Shown here one piece after another: positions 29,740 to 39,213 of a DNA stretch of 64,000 nt (positions within the stretch are counted from its first letter, which is position 1; every line of letters starts with the position of its first letter). The notes under the pieces are model-generated. The model was not told where the DNA came from, did not search any database, and was given only the letters and a program-made list of their open reading frames with translations. Source of the stretch: Syntrophales bacterium (GTDB taxonomy: Bacteria > Desulfobacterota > Syntrophia > Syntrophales > PHBD01); assembly GCA_963668175.1 (NCBI GenBank), contig OY764159.1, positions 3,520,001 through 3,584,000 of the forward strand, given 5' to 3'. A program made the translations under genes and the position numbers.

Positions 29740-30603
29740 ATGACAGAAACAATAATTCAGTTGATTATCAATGGTTTGTTGCTGGGCGGTATTTACGCGC
29801 TGTTCAGCATTGGCTTGACGCTGATCTTTGGAGTGCTGGAAGTCGTCAACTTCGCCCACGGCGAATTCCTGATGCTGAGCATGTATCTCACTTACTTTCT
29901 GTTTCAGCTTTTAGGAATGGATCCTTATGTGAGTCTCATCATCACGATTCCCTCTTTCTTCTTATTCGGCATCATTATAGAAAGACTCATCATCCATCCG
30001 CTGTTGAACGATCCGCCCATCAATCAGATATTTGCCACTATCGGCCTCCAGCTGATTTTCCAGAACCTGGCCCTTTTGTTCTTCAAGGCCGATTTCCGGA
30101 CCGTTAAGACGGATTACAGCAATGCCAACCTTATTTTTGGAGAAATGTTCGTTAGTGTGCCGCGCCTGATCGCCTTTGTCATCGCCGGTCTCCTGATCGT
30201 CGCCCTGTTTCTCTATCTTAAGAATACGTTCACGGGGAAATCGATCCGCGCCTTGGCGCAGCAGAGAAAGGCCGCGATGCTCATGGGCATCGATGTCTAC
30301 AAGACCTATATGATCGCCTTCGGCATCGGTATCGCCTGCGTCGGCGCTGCCGGCTCAATTATGATACCGCTCTATTTCGTTTTCCCGACGGCGGGATCCC
30401 TCTTCGTACTAATCGCCTTTGTCGTCGTCATTCTGGGGGGGTACAACAGCCTGGGCGGCACGCTCGTGGCCGGGCTCATCATCGGAGTCATCGAAGGATT
30501 CAGCGGCTTCTTCATCTCGCCGCATCTGAAGGAAGTCGTGTACTTCATCATGTTCATATTCATCTTAATCTTTAAACCAACCGGGCTGTTTGGAAGACGA
30601 TAG
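29740..30603 (+). CDS. livH: Branched-chain-type ABC permease (LivH-like)
   Basis: INGLLLGGIYAL..GLTLIFGV..VVNFAHGEF, KPTGLFG. Confidence 0.92.
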   Translation: MTETIIQLIINGLLLGGIYALFSIGLTLIFGVLEVVNFAHGEFLMLSMYLTYFLFQLLGMDPYVSLIITIPSFFLFGIIIERLIIHPLLNDPPINQIFATIGLQLIFQNLALLFFKADFRTVKTDYSNANLIFGEMFVSVPRLIAFVIAGLLIVALFLYLKNTFTGKSIRALAQQRKAAMLMGIDVYKTYMIAFGIGIACVGAAGSIMIPLYFVFPTAGSLFVLIAFVVVILGGYNSLGGTLVAGLIIGVIEGFSGFFISPHLKEVVYFIMFIFILIFKPTGLFGRR

Positions 30604-30612
30604 GATAAGACA

Positions 30613-32430
30613 ATGAAACAAATACTGACAAACATCACAGAATTAGGAATTCGTTTCAAGAAACAGTTGATCGTGCTCGCCGCAGCCCTCGTCCTGCTGC
30701 TGCCGTTCCTGTTCGACAACCCGTTCTATCAGGATTTGATGATCATGGTGTTCTTCTGGGCCACCCTCGCGCTGGCGTGGAACCTGCTGGGAGGATTCGC
30801 CGGGCAGATTTCCCTTGGCCATGCGGCTTTCTTCGGCATCGGGGCCTACACGTCCACCATCTTGTACCTGACGTTCGGCATATCGCCCTGGATCGGAATG
30901 ATCGCCGGTGCCGGCATCTCCGTCGTCGTTGCCCTGGCGCTCGGGTACCCTTGTTTCCGGCTGACGAGTCATTTCTTTGCTCTGGCTACCCTCGCCTTCG
31001 GGGAGGTGTTGCGCTTGCTCGCTTCCTTCTGGCGGGACCTGACAAACGGCGGGGTCGGGCTCCTGATACCGTTTGACCCGGGCATCGCGAATTTTATCTT
31101 CGAGGATAAGATCGTTTATGCCTATATCATGCTGGCCATGCTGTTCGGTATTCTGATCATCACTTATCTCTTCAGCAGATCGAGATTCGGATACAGACTG
31201 GTCGCGCTCCGGGAAGACCAGGACGCGGCGGAAAGTCTCGGCGTCAATACGCATCGCTCCAAGATGATGGCCCTGCTTATCAGCGTTGTTTTCACATCCA
31301 TGGCAGGCACATTCTATGCGCAATATTTCGCGTTTATCGATCCCGATATCGTCTTTTCTTCGTCGCTCTCCCTGCAACTGGCCCTGCTGTCGATCATCGG
31401 CGGGGTCGGAACCGTTTTCGGCCCGATTCTCGGCGCTGTCTTCCTGACCCCTCTGGACGTCTTTCTGCGGGGCTGGCTGGGGGGCGTTCTTGCCGGTTTG
31501 AACTTCGTCGTGTATGGCGCCATCCTCATCGTCGCCGTCATGTTCTTCCCCTCGGGCATAGCCGGAGGAATCAAGAAATTCTTCGACAGATTCACAAAGA
31601 AGCCGTCCGGGCAGATATCGGCGGAAAAGACCAGTGCGAAGCCCGTGTGCAAGGTCGAGAGCAAGGACCGGGGGTGCATGGACAATGCGTCGCCCCTGAT
31701 GGTCGTCGATTCCATATCGAAGCGTTTCGGCGGCTTGGAGGCGGTGAAGGACTTGAGTTTCACCGTTTACGAAGGGGAGATTCTCGGTCTCATCGGACCG
31801 AACGGGGCGGGGAAAACGACGGTCTTCAATCTCATCAGCGGCTTTATCGAACCGGACAAAGGCAAAATTTCCTTCGGCGAAAAGGACATTACGAACCTGG
31901 GAATTCCCCACTGTTTTTGCCACGAATGCATTGGAAGGACGTTTCAATTGGTCAAGCCGTTTCAGAAGATGACGGTGACGGAAAACGTTATGGTCGGTGC
32001 GTTTGCCTGCTGCAACCGCATACATGACGCCAGGGAAGATGCATACAGGATTCTGGAATGGATTCAATTGTCGCATCATGCCTCGACGATGGCGTCCAAC
32101 CTGACGCTGGCCGAGAGGAAACGGCTCGAGCTCGGCAGGGCTTTAGCGACCAAACCGAAACTGTTGCTTCTCGACGAGGTAATGGCCGGATTGAACCCGA
32201 AGGAGACGGAGGAAATCATCGGCATCGTGAGATCCATCTCCAACGAAGGGATAACGATCATCATGATCGAACACGTCATGAAAGCCGTCATGTCCCTTTC
32301 CGACCGGATCGTGGTAATCGACGGCGGCATCAAGCTGGTGGAAGGTCTCCCCAACGACGTCGTGAAAGACCAAAGAGTGATTGAAGCCTATCTAGGGGGT
32401 GAATACCATGCGAATGCTGGAATTAAATAA
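30613..32430 (+). CDS. Fused LivM-type permease / LivG-type ATPase
   Basis: WNLLGGFAGQISLGHAAFFG, LREDQDAA, then GPNGAGKTT, LLDEVMAG, IEHVM. Confidence 0.9.
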   Translation: MKQILTNITELGIRFKKQLIVLAAALVLLLPFLFDNPFYQDLMIMVFFWATLALAWNLLGGFAGQISLGHAAFFGIGAYTSTILYLTFGISPWIGMIAGAGISVVVALALGYPCFRLTSHFFALATLAFGEVLRLLASFWRDLTNGGVGLLIPFDPGIANFIFEDKIVYAYIMLAMLFGILIITYLFSRSRFGYRLVALREDQDAAESLGVNTHRSKMMALLISVVFTSMAGTFYAQYFAFIDPDIVFSSSLSLQLALLSIIGGVGTVFGPILGAVFLTPLDVFLRGWLGGVLAGLNFVVYGAILIVAVMFFPSGIAGGIKKFFDRFTKKPSGQISAEKTSAKPVCKVESKDRGCMDNASPLMVVDSISKRFGGLEAVKDLSFTVYEGEILGLIGPNGAGKTTVFNLISGFIEPDKGKISFGEKDITNLGIPHCFCHECIGRTFQLVKPFQKMTVTENVMVGAFACCNRIHDAREDAYRILEWIQLSHHASTMASNLTLAERKRLELGRALATKPKLLLLDEVMAGLNPKETEEIIGIVRSISNEGITIIMIEHVMKAVMSLSDRIVVIDGGIKLVEGLPNDVVKDQRVIEAYLGGEYHANAGIK

Positions 32431-33118
32431 TGTAACAACAAAATACGGGGACCTGAAGGCCATCCGCAATATTTCCCTGTCCGTTAATGAAGGTCGCATC
32501 GTCTCCATTGTGGGATCGAACGGAGCGGGAAAGACGACGCTGCTCAGCACCATTTCCGGTGTACTGCGGAGCGCCGAAGGAACGATTTCTTTCGGAGGAA
32601 AGGACCTCACGCATATGCCTCCTCACAAGATCGTCGAGGAGGGCATCGTCCAGGTACCGGAAGGCCGCCTTCTCTTTCCCTATATGAGTGTTCTCGAAAA
32701 TCTGCAGCTAGGAGCGTTCAATTCGAGATCGCGAAAGGAAATCCGTGGCCTCCTGGATAATGTTTACAGCTATTTCCCGAAGCTGGTCGACAGGGCCGGC
32801 CAGTTGGCCGGCACCCTGAGCGGCGGAGAGCAGCAGATGGTGGCGATCGGGCGCGGGCTCATGGCCAGCCCGAAGCTCCTCATGCTGGACGAACCCTCCC
32901 TTGGTTTGAGCCCGCTGATCGTTAAGACCGTGTTCGAGACGATCGAGAAAATCAAGGCCGACGGTATCACGGTGCTCCTTGTGGAGCAGAACGTCTGGCA
33001 GTCGTTGATGATTTCCGACGATGTCTACGTGCTCGAAAACGGCGAGGTCGTGCTGTCGGGACAAGGGAAAGAGCTCCTGAGCGATCCGAGAGTCAAGGAG
33101 GCCTATCTGGGGATATAG
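32408..33118 (+). CDS. livF: Branched-chain-type ABC ATP-binding subunit (LivF-like)
   Basis: GSNGAGKTT, VPEGR, LSGGEQQM, DEPSLGL. Confidence 0.92.
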   Translation: MRMLELNNVTTKYGDLKAIRNISLSVNEGRIVSIVGSNGAGKTTLLSTISGVLRSAEGTISFGGKDLTHMPPHKIVEEGIVQVPEGRLLFPYMSVLENLQLGAFNSRSRKEIRGLLDNVYSYFPKLVDRAGQLAGTLSGGEQQMVAIGRGLMASPKLLMLDEPSLGLSPLIVKTVFETIEKIKADGITVLLVEQNVWQSLMISDDVYVLENGEVVLSGQGKELLSDPRVKEAYLGI

Positions 33119-33180
33119 ATGGGTGCCCCCGGTTGAGGCCGTCATGAATGAAACCCAAGACAAAGGTAAGGAGGAAGGAA

Positions 33181-34446
33181 ATGAAGAGATGTTTGATTGG
33201 TTTGGTTGCCACAGTAACGTGTTTTATCCTGTCCGCCGTCATGCCCTTCAGCGCGAAAGCGGCGGATGTCTTCAGAATCGGGGCACTTTATCCGCTGAGT
33301 GGTCCCATGGCCTTGCTCGGCACGCATGACATGAACGGCGTGGAGCTGGCGACGGAGATGTTCAATGAGAGAGGCGGCGTCAAAGGTAAAAAAGTTCAGC
33401 TGATTAAAAGCGATGTGCCGACGCCCGAGGCCGCCCGGTCCGAGGCGGAGAGACTGGTGAACGTCGAGAAGATAGATTTCCTCTTCGGGACATACTCAAG
33501 TTCGCTCTCTTTCGTGGCTTCATCGGTTGCGGAAAAACACAGGAAGATATTCTGGGAAACCGGCGCGATTGCCGACAACATCACCCAGCGGAAATTCAAG
33601 TACCTTTTCCGGACATGTACGAATTCCAGCGCTTTCGGTTTCGCTGCAGCCGATTTCATCATCGAGAAACTGGCGAAGGATTTCAAGATCGGTCTGAAGG
33701 ATCTTAGAGTGGCCATCGCCCACGAAGACTCCCTGTTCGGTACGTCGGTTATGGCCGCCGCCAAGAAGCGGCTCCAGCAAAAGGGTGTGAACGTCGTGGC
33801 CTTCGAGAGCTACAGCAAATCCATCACGGACCTTTCGCCTTTGGTCATGAAATTCAAGACCCTGAAACCGGACGTCCTTTTGGCCACATGCTACACCAAT
33901 GACGCCATTTTATGGCAGCGCCAGATGCGGGAAATGAACCTGAACGTCAAAGCCGTTGTCGGAACGGGCGGCGGACACGGCATTCTCGATTTCGCCAAGG
34001 CGACCGGGAAGGATTCGGACGGTGTCTTCAGCGCCGACTTCCCCCTCGTCAAGAATCCCAAAAGTCTGACCGCCAAGATCGATCCGCCGCTGAATACTGT
34101 CCGCGAGCGCTACAAGAAGAAGTACGGCGATTATCCTGACCTGCATGCACAGTCCGCCTTTATGAGCGCATGGGTGTTTTACAACTACGTTCTGGCGAAG
34201 ACGAACTCTCTGAATCCGGATCAGATTCGCAAGGCAGCATACGCGATAGACATACCCGTCGGTGGAACCCACATGGGATGGGGCGTCAAGTTTCTGGGCG
34301 AGAACAGTGCGGAACCGGGACAGAACGAGCGGGCTTTTGCCGTCATGATGCAATGGCAGGGCGGCTTAAACTACAGCGTATGGCCCGACAACTACGCGGA
34401 ACGCAAACCGATACTGATACCGCTCCCCAACTGGAGCAGCAGGTAA
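33181..34446 (+). CDS. ABC transporter substrate-binding protein (LivJ/K-like)
   Basis: Signal peptide, RIGALYPLSGPMALLG, GTYSS, HEDSLFG; RBS GGAGGAAGG. Confidence 0.9.
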   Translation: MKRCLIGLVATVTCFILSAVMPFSAKAADVFRIGALYPLSGPMALLGTHDMNGVELATEMFNERGGVKGKKVQLIKSDVPTPEAARSEAERLVNVEKIDFLFGTYSSSLSFVASSVAEKHRKIFWETGAIADNITQRKFKYLFRTCTNSSAFGFAAADFIIEKLAKDFKIGLKDLRVAIAHEDSLFGTSVMAAAKKRLQQKGVNVVAFESYSKSITDLSPLVMKFKTLKPDVLLATCYTNDAILWQRQMREMNLNVKAVVGTGGGHGILDFAKATGKDSDGVFSADFPLVKNPKSLTAKIDPPLNTVRERYKKKYGDYPDLHAQSAFMSAWVFYNYVLAKTNSLNPDQIRKAAYAIDIPVGGTHMGWGVKFLGENSAEPGQNERAFAVMMQWQGGLNYSVWPDNYAERKPILIPLPNWSSR

Positions 34447-34622
34447 CGGCACACGTTTTCAGGTGTTTGGGTATGGCAGGAATGCGCAACACATAACTAC
34501 CAGTGCCAAGTGAAGTCCGTCCTCTGCCGCTACCCTTCGCTGAAAGGCGGGGGGCGGATTTCACGGCACGCTGGCACCCCATTGATCAGGGACAGTTTGT
34601 TATTTTGAAAGGAGCACGGAAA

Positions 34623-36095
34623 ATGATTTCAAGTGATATTTACAAAGATAGAATGGCGAAGCTCAAACCGAACGTCTATCAGGGGGGAAAGTTGGTGGAC
34701 CGCTTCGACCCAAGCATCATCGGGGGCATCAACGTCATTGCCGCTACGTACGATTTCGCCATCGATCCGGAGTTCGAAGGTGTCGGCGTCGCCACCTCCC
34801 ATATCACGGGAGAGCGGATCAACCGGTTCAACCATATCCATCAGAATATGGAAGACTTGCTGAACAAGCAGAAGATGACGCGCCTGTACTGCCAGGAGGT
34901 CGGCGGCTGCATCCAGCGCTGCATGGGTATCGACGCACTGAACGCCCTGTCCATCGCAAGCTACGACGCCGATCAGAAACACGGGACGGATTACTACAAG
35001 CGTTTCATCGAATTCATGAAGAAGGTCCAGAAGGAAGACCTGTCGCTGGTCTGCGCCCAGACGGACGTCAAGGGCAACCGCGTCTGGCGCCCCGCCAAGC
35101 AGAAAGACCCGGACCTCTACCTGCGCGTTGTGGAGAAACGGGCAGACGGCATCATCGTCAACGGCGCCAAGGCCCATAACTCCTGCTCCGTCTATGCGGA
35201 CGAGATCGTCGTCCTGCCGACCCGCAACATGGCGACGGACGAGGCGGACTGGGCCGTGGCCTTCTCCATCCCCGCCGATGCGGAAGGCATCACGCTCATC
35301 AACGGGGCCTTCAATCCGCCCAAGCGTAAACGCCTGGAGGCGCCTTACTGCAACCAGGGAGAATCCCATTCCATGACGATATTCGACCACGTCTTCATTC
35401 CTTGGGAACGCGTCTTTTTATGCGGAGAGACGGAAGAGGCAGGGAAAGCGGCCCTCTTTTTCGCCCTGTACCACCGGCACAGCTACACCGGCTGCAAAGC
35501 GGCCGTATCGGAAATGTTCACGGGGGCGACAGCCCTGGCTGCCGATTACAACGGCATCGCGAACGCCCAGCACGTCCGTCACAAGCTGGCGGATATGATC
35601 CATGTGGTGGATCTGATCTATGCGTCGGGCATGGCCTCGGCCATGAACAGCACGAAGGCCGCGAGCGGCACGTGCATCCCCGACTCGAATTACTGCAACG
35701 CCGGCCGGATGCTGGCGGGCGAAGCCATTTACGGCGAATACGAGTCCCTGGCCGCCATCGCCGGCGGACTTGCGGCCACGCTGCCTCACGAGGAGGATTT
35801 TTATAACGAGAAGACGAGAGCCTATCTCGAGAAGTACATCATGCGCACGCCAGAGGTATCGGCGGAAGAACAGCACCGCGCCTTCCGGCTGTTCCAGGAC
35901 ATGATGTCGTCCGTATGGGGCGGGCACAAGCTGATCGACGCCCTTCACGGCGGCGGCTCCCCGGTGATTGAGAAGGTCGCCATTTACCGGGACCACAATT
36001 TCGAGCATTCGAAGAACATCGTCAAAAAGCTGGCCGGGATCAAATACACCGGATCGACGAAAGGTATCTTCCGGGAGAAACGCTCCTGGTATTAA
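34623..36095 (+). CDS. Divergent 4-hydroxybutyryl-CoA dehydratase-like protein (HpaB/AbfD family)
   Basis: CIQRCMG, QTDVKG, GAKAH, HRHSYTGCK, HGGGSP. Confidence 0.85.
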   Translation: MISSDIYKDRMAKLKPNVYQGGKLVDRFDPSIIGGINVIAATYDFAIDPEFEGVGVATSHITGERINRFNHIHQNMEDLLNKQKMTRLYCQEVGGCIQRCMGIDALNALSIASYDADQKHGTDYYKRFIEFMKKVQKEDLSLVCAQTDVKGNRVWRPAKQKDPDLYLRVVEKRADGIIVNGAKAHNSCSVYADEIVVLPTRNMATDEADWAVAFSIPADAEGITLINGAFNPPKRKRLEAPYCNQGESHSMTIFDHVFIPWERVFLCGETEEAGKAALFFALYHRHSYTGCKAAVSEMFTGATALAADYNGIANAQHVRHKLADMIHVVDLIYASGMASAMNSTKAASGTCIPDSNYCNAGRMLAGEAIYGEYESLAAIAGGLAATLPHEEDFYNEKTRAYLEKYIMRTPEVSAEEQHRAFRLFQDMMSSVWGGHKLIDALHGGGSPVIEKVAIYRDHNFEHSKNIVKKLAGIKYTGSTKGIFREKRSWY

Positions 36096-36335
36096 GCCGC
36101 AAGGCGGCGGATGAAGACTTCCTTCCCTTGCCGGGCATGACGTAGCCCATATTCCCACGGTGCCGTGGGGACAGGGACGAGCATTGAACACACGTCATGT
36201 CCCGGCAAGCAAGGCGGTGAAGGCTGAGAGGATAGATTCTTCACGATATCGCGGGACGGGACGGAAAAACCATGTGAGCAGCGGAGACCCGGTTATCCTG
36301 GATTTCCCAATAAGAATAAGGAGTACATCAACACT

Positions 36336-37199
36336 ATGACTATCAAGACAATAGGGGTTGTAGGGGCGGGGAACATGGGGCGACAGATCGCCCTGCAGTG
36401 CGCCCTGTCGGGTTTCGAGGTTTACTGCACGGACACGATCGCCGTTGTTCTGCAAAGCGCCGAGGCCTTTTCGCGCAAGTGGCTCGCCGACCGCGTCGCC
36501 AAGGGCAAGATGGCCGAGGATGAGGCCAAAACGGTAAGCGCCCGCCTGCACTATACGGCCGAACTGGCCGAGGCCGCCAAGGGCGCAGACCTCATCATCG
36601 AAGCCATCATCGAGATATTGGAAACGAAGCGGGCGCTCTTCAAAGAGCTGGACAAGCTCTGTCCGCCCCACACGATCCTTGCGACCAACAGTTCGTACAT
36701 CGTGAGTTCCAGGATCGCCGACGCCACGAAACGGCCCGACAAGGTCCTGAACATGCACTTCTTCAACCCGGCCCTCGTCATGAAGCTCGTCGAGGTCGTC
36801 CAGGGTCCCCACGTCTCCGACGAAACCGTCGAGACGGTCATCGAAGTCAGCAAGGCGTTGGGCAAGGTGCCCACACGGGTGAACAAGGAGATCTACGGCT
36901 TCATCTGCAACCGGATGTTCAGCGCCATCACGAAGGAGGCCTGCTACCTCCTGGATCTGGGCATCGCCTCCATCGAGGACATCGACAACGCCGCGAAGAA
37001 CGGCCTGGGGCATCCGATGGGTCCCCTGCAGCTCCTCGACATGACGGGGATCGACCTCGAATACTACGTCTCCATGGAGCGTTACCAGGAGACGCGGAAC
37101 CTCGCCGACAAGCCGAGTCCCGGCCTCGTGGAGCGTTACGCCCGGGGCGACTACGGCAGGAAGACGGGCAAGGGATTCTACGATTACACGAAGAAGTGA
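36336..37199 (+). CDS. 3-hydroxyacyl-CoA dehydrogenase
   Basis: GAGNMG, IIEAIIE, ATNSS, MHFFNP, GHPMGPL, GRKTGKGFYDY. Confidence 0.93.
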   Translation: MTIKTIGVVGAGNMGRQIALQCALSGFEVYCTDTIAVVLQSAEAFSRKWLADRVAKGKMAEDEAKTVSARLHYTAELAEAAKGADLIIEAIIEILETKRALFKELDKLCPPHTILATNSSYIVSSRIADATKRPDKVLNMHFFNPALVMKLVEVVQGPHVSDETVETVIEVSKALGKVPTRVNKEIYGFICNRMFSAITKEACYLLDLGIASIEDIDNAAKNGLGHPMGPLQLLDMTGIDLEYYVSMERYQETRNLADKPSPGLVERYARGDYGRKTGKGFYDYTKK

Positions 37200-37230
37200 G
37201 GCGGCGACGTTTTCCGGAAAGGATAGAGAC

Positions 37231-37995
37231 ATGAATTACGAAAACATTCAGTTCGCGGTGAGCGGGGCGACGGCCGTTTTGATGCTGAACCGTCCGAAGG
37301 CGATGAACGCCCTGAACCGCGCGCTTGTGGACGAACTGGACCATGCCGTGGACCGGATCGCGAACGACCCGTCCATCGCGGCGGTTGTCCTCTCGGGCGA
37401 GAAGAACTTCGCGGCGGGGGCGGACATCACGTCGATGGTGGAGATGGACCCGGAAGCGGCGAAGGCGTTTGCCTTCACGCCGACGTATCAGAAGATCGAA
37501 GAGCTGGCAAAGCCGACGATTGCCGCGATATCGGGCTTTGCCCTGGGAGGCGGCCTGGAGCTGGCCCTGGCGTGCGACATCCGGATCGCCGGTCCCGATG
37601 CGAAGCTTGCCTTCCCCGAGATCAATATAGGGATATTCCCCGGCGCCGGGGGGACGCAGCGTCTGCCCCGGCTGGTGGGACCTGCCCGGGCGAAGGAGCT
37701 GATCTTCCTGGGGACGACGCTCGACGCCCAGAAGGCGCTCGAATACGGCCTCGTGAACAGCATCGCGGACGATCCGCTGGACGCGGCCATGAAGATGGCG
37801 TTGAAGCTGGCGGGGAAGCCCGCCGTGGCCCTGGCGCGCGCGAAGGAATGCATCAACATCGCCTCGGAGTCGGGCCTTAAGGCGGGACTGAAAGCCGAGG
37901 CGGAGAAATGGGGCAGCCTCTTTACGACGGCGGACCAGAAGGAAGGCATGCGGGCCTTCCTGGAGAAGAGGAAACCGGTCTACAAGGGTCAATGA
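37231..37995 (+). CDS. Enoyl-CoA hydratase (crotonase)
   Basis: LNRPKAMNAL, FAAGADI, ALGGGLELA, PEINIGIFPGAGGTQRL. Confidence 0.93.
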   Translation: MNYENIQFAVSGATAVLMLNRPKAMNALNRALVDELDHAVDRIANDPSIAAVVLSGEKNFAAGADITSMVEMDPEAAKAFAFTPTYQKIEELAKPTIAAISGFALGGGLELALACDIRIAGPDAKLAFPEINIGIFPGAGGTQRLPRLVGPARAKELIFLGTTLDAQKALEYGLVNSIADDPLDAAMKMALKLAGKPAVALARAKECINIASESGLKAGLKAEAEKWGSLFTTADQKEGMRAFLEKRKPVYKGQ

Positions 37996-38011
37996 TTGGA
38001 AAGGAGCATCT

Positions 38012-39193
38012 ATGAGAGAAGTGGTCATTATCGGCGGTGCGAGAACCGCCATTGGAAACTATATGGGATCGTTGGCGGGGTTCAACTCCGTCGCGCTGGG
38101 CATCTTTGCGCTGAAGGGCGCGCTTGAGAAGACGGGAGTGGCCATGGGCGACCTGGAATGCCTCGTTGCTGGTCACGTGAACCAGGCGGGTGCGCCGGGG
38201 AACTCGGCCAGACACATCGCCATGCGGGCGGGCCTGCCGATTACGTCCTACGCCTACACGGTGCACCAGCAGTGCGCATCGTCCATGCGTGCGGCGGAGT
38301 GCCTGTCCCAGGACATCATGCTGGGGAAGTACGACGTGGGCGTCGTGGTGGGCATCGAGTCCATGAGCACGGCGCCGTATCTCCTGATGGGCGCCCGGAA
38401 GGGATACCGCCTCGGGGATGCGGAAAAGGTGCAGGACAGCCTCATGATCGGGGGCCTGGTCGACGATCTTCTGGGTTATCACATGGGGATCACGGCGGAG
38501 AACATCGCGGCCGATTACGGGATCACGCGTGAAGAGCAGGACGAGTTTGCCCTCATGAGCAACATGCGGGCGTGCAAGGCGATCCAGGAGGGGTGGTTCA
38601 AGGACGAGATCGTCCCGGTGGAGATCAAGACGAAGAAAGGGACGACGGTATTCGATACGGACGAGCATCCGCAGGCGAACACGTCGATGGAGGCGTTGGC
38701 GAAGCTGAAGCCCGCCTTCAAGAAGGACGGGACGGTGACGGCGGGAAACGCCTCCGGACTGAACGACGCGGGGTCGGCCCTGATCATGATGTCGGCGGAA
38801 GCGGCGAAGGCGAAGGGCTTCAAGCCTGTCGCCAGGGTCGTCGCCTCCTCCCCCGGTTCGGTGGAGCCCCGGATCATGGGCATGGGTGTGGTTCCCGCGG
38901 TGCGTAACGCCCTGAAGTTCGCGGGGCTTTCGCAGGACCAGATCGATTACTGGGAGTTGAACGAGGCGTTTGCGGCGCAGGTTTTGGGAGTGAACCGCGA
39001 GTTGAAGATCGGCCTGGACCGCGTGAACGCCGTTGGCTCGGGGATCGGCCTGGGTCATCCGGTGGGGGCGACGGGCGCGCGTCTCATCCTGACCATGATC
39101 AACGAGATGAAGCGCCGGGGCGTGAGATACGGCTGCGCCTCCCTGTGCGCAAGCGGCGGACCCGCCCATGCGTTTATCGTCGAATCTATCTAA
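38012..39193 (+). CDS. Acetyl-CoA acetyltransferase (thiolase)
   Basis: QQCASS, TAGNASGLND, NEAF, GHPVGATG, CASGG. Confidence 0.93.
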   Translation: MREVVIIGGARTAIGNYMGSLAGFNSVALGIFALKGALEKTGVAMGDLECLVAGHVNQAGAPGNSARHIAMRAGLPITSYAYTVHQQCASSMRAAECLSQDIMLGKYDVGVVVGIESMSTAPYLLMGARKGYRLGDAEKVQDSLMIGGLVDDLLGYHMGITAENIAADYGITREEQDEFALMSNMRACKAIQEGWFKDEIVPVEIKTKKGTTVFDTDEHPQANTSMEALAKLKPAFKKDGTVTAGNASGLNDAGSALIMMSAEAAKAKGFKPVARVVASSPGSVEPRIMGMGVVPAVRNALKFAGLSQDQIDYWELNEAFAAQVLGVNRELKIGLDRVNAVGSGIGLGHPVGATGARLILTMINEMKRRGVRYGCASLCASGGPAHAFIVESI

Positions 39194-39213
39194 CCGAAAC
39201 CAGGAGGCACGAT

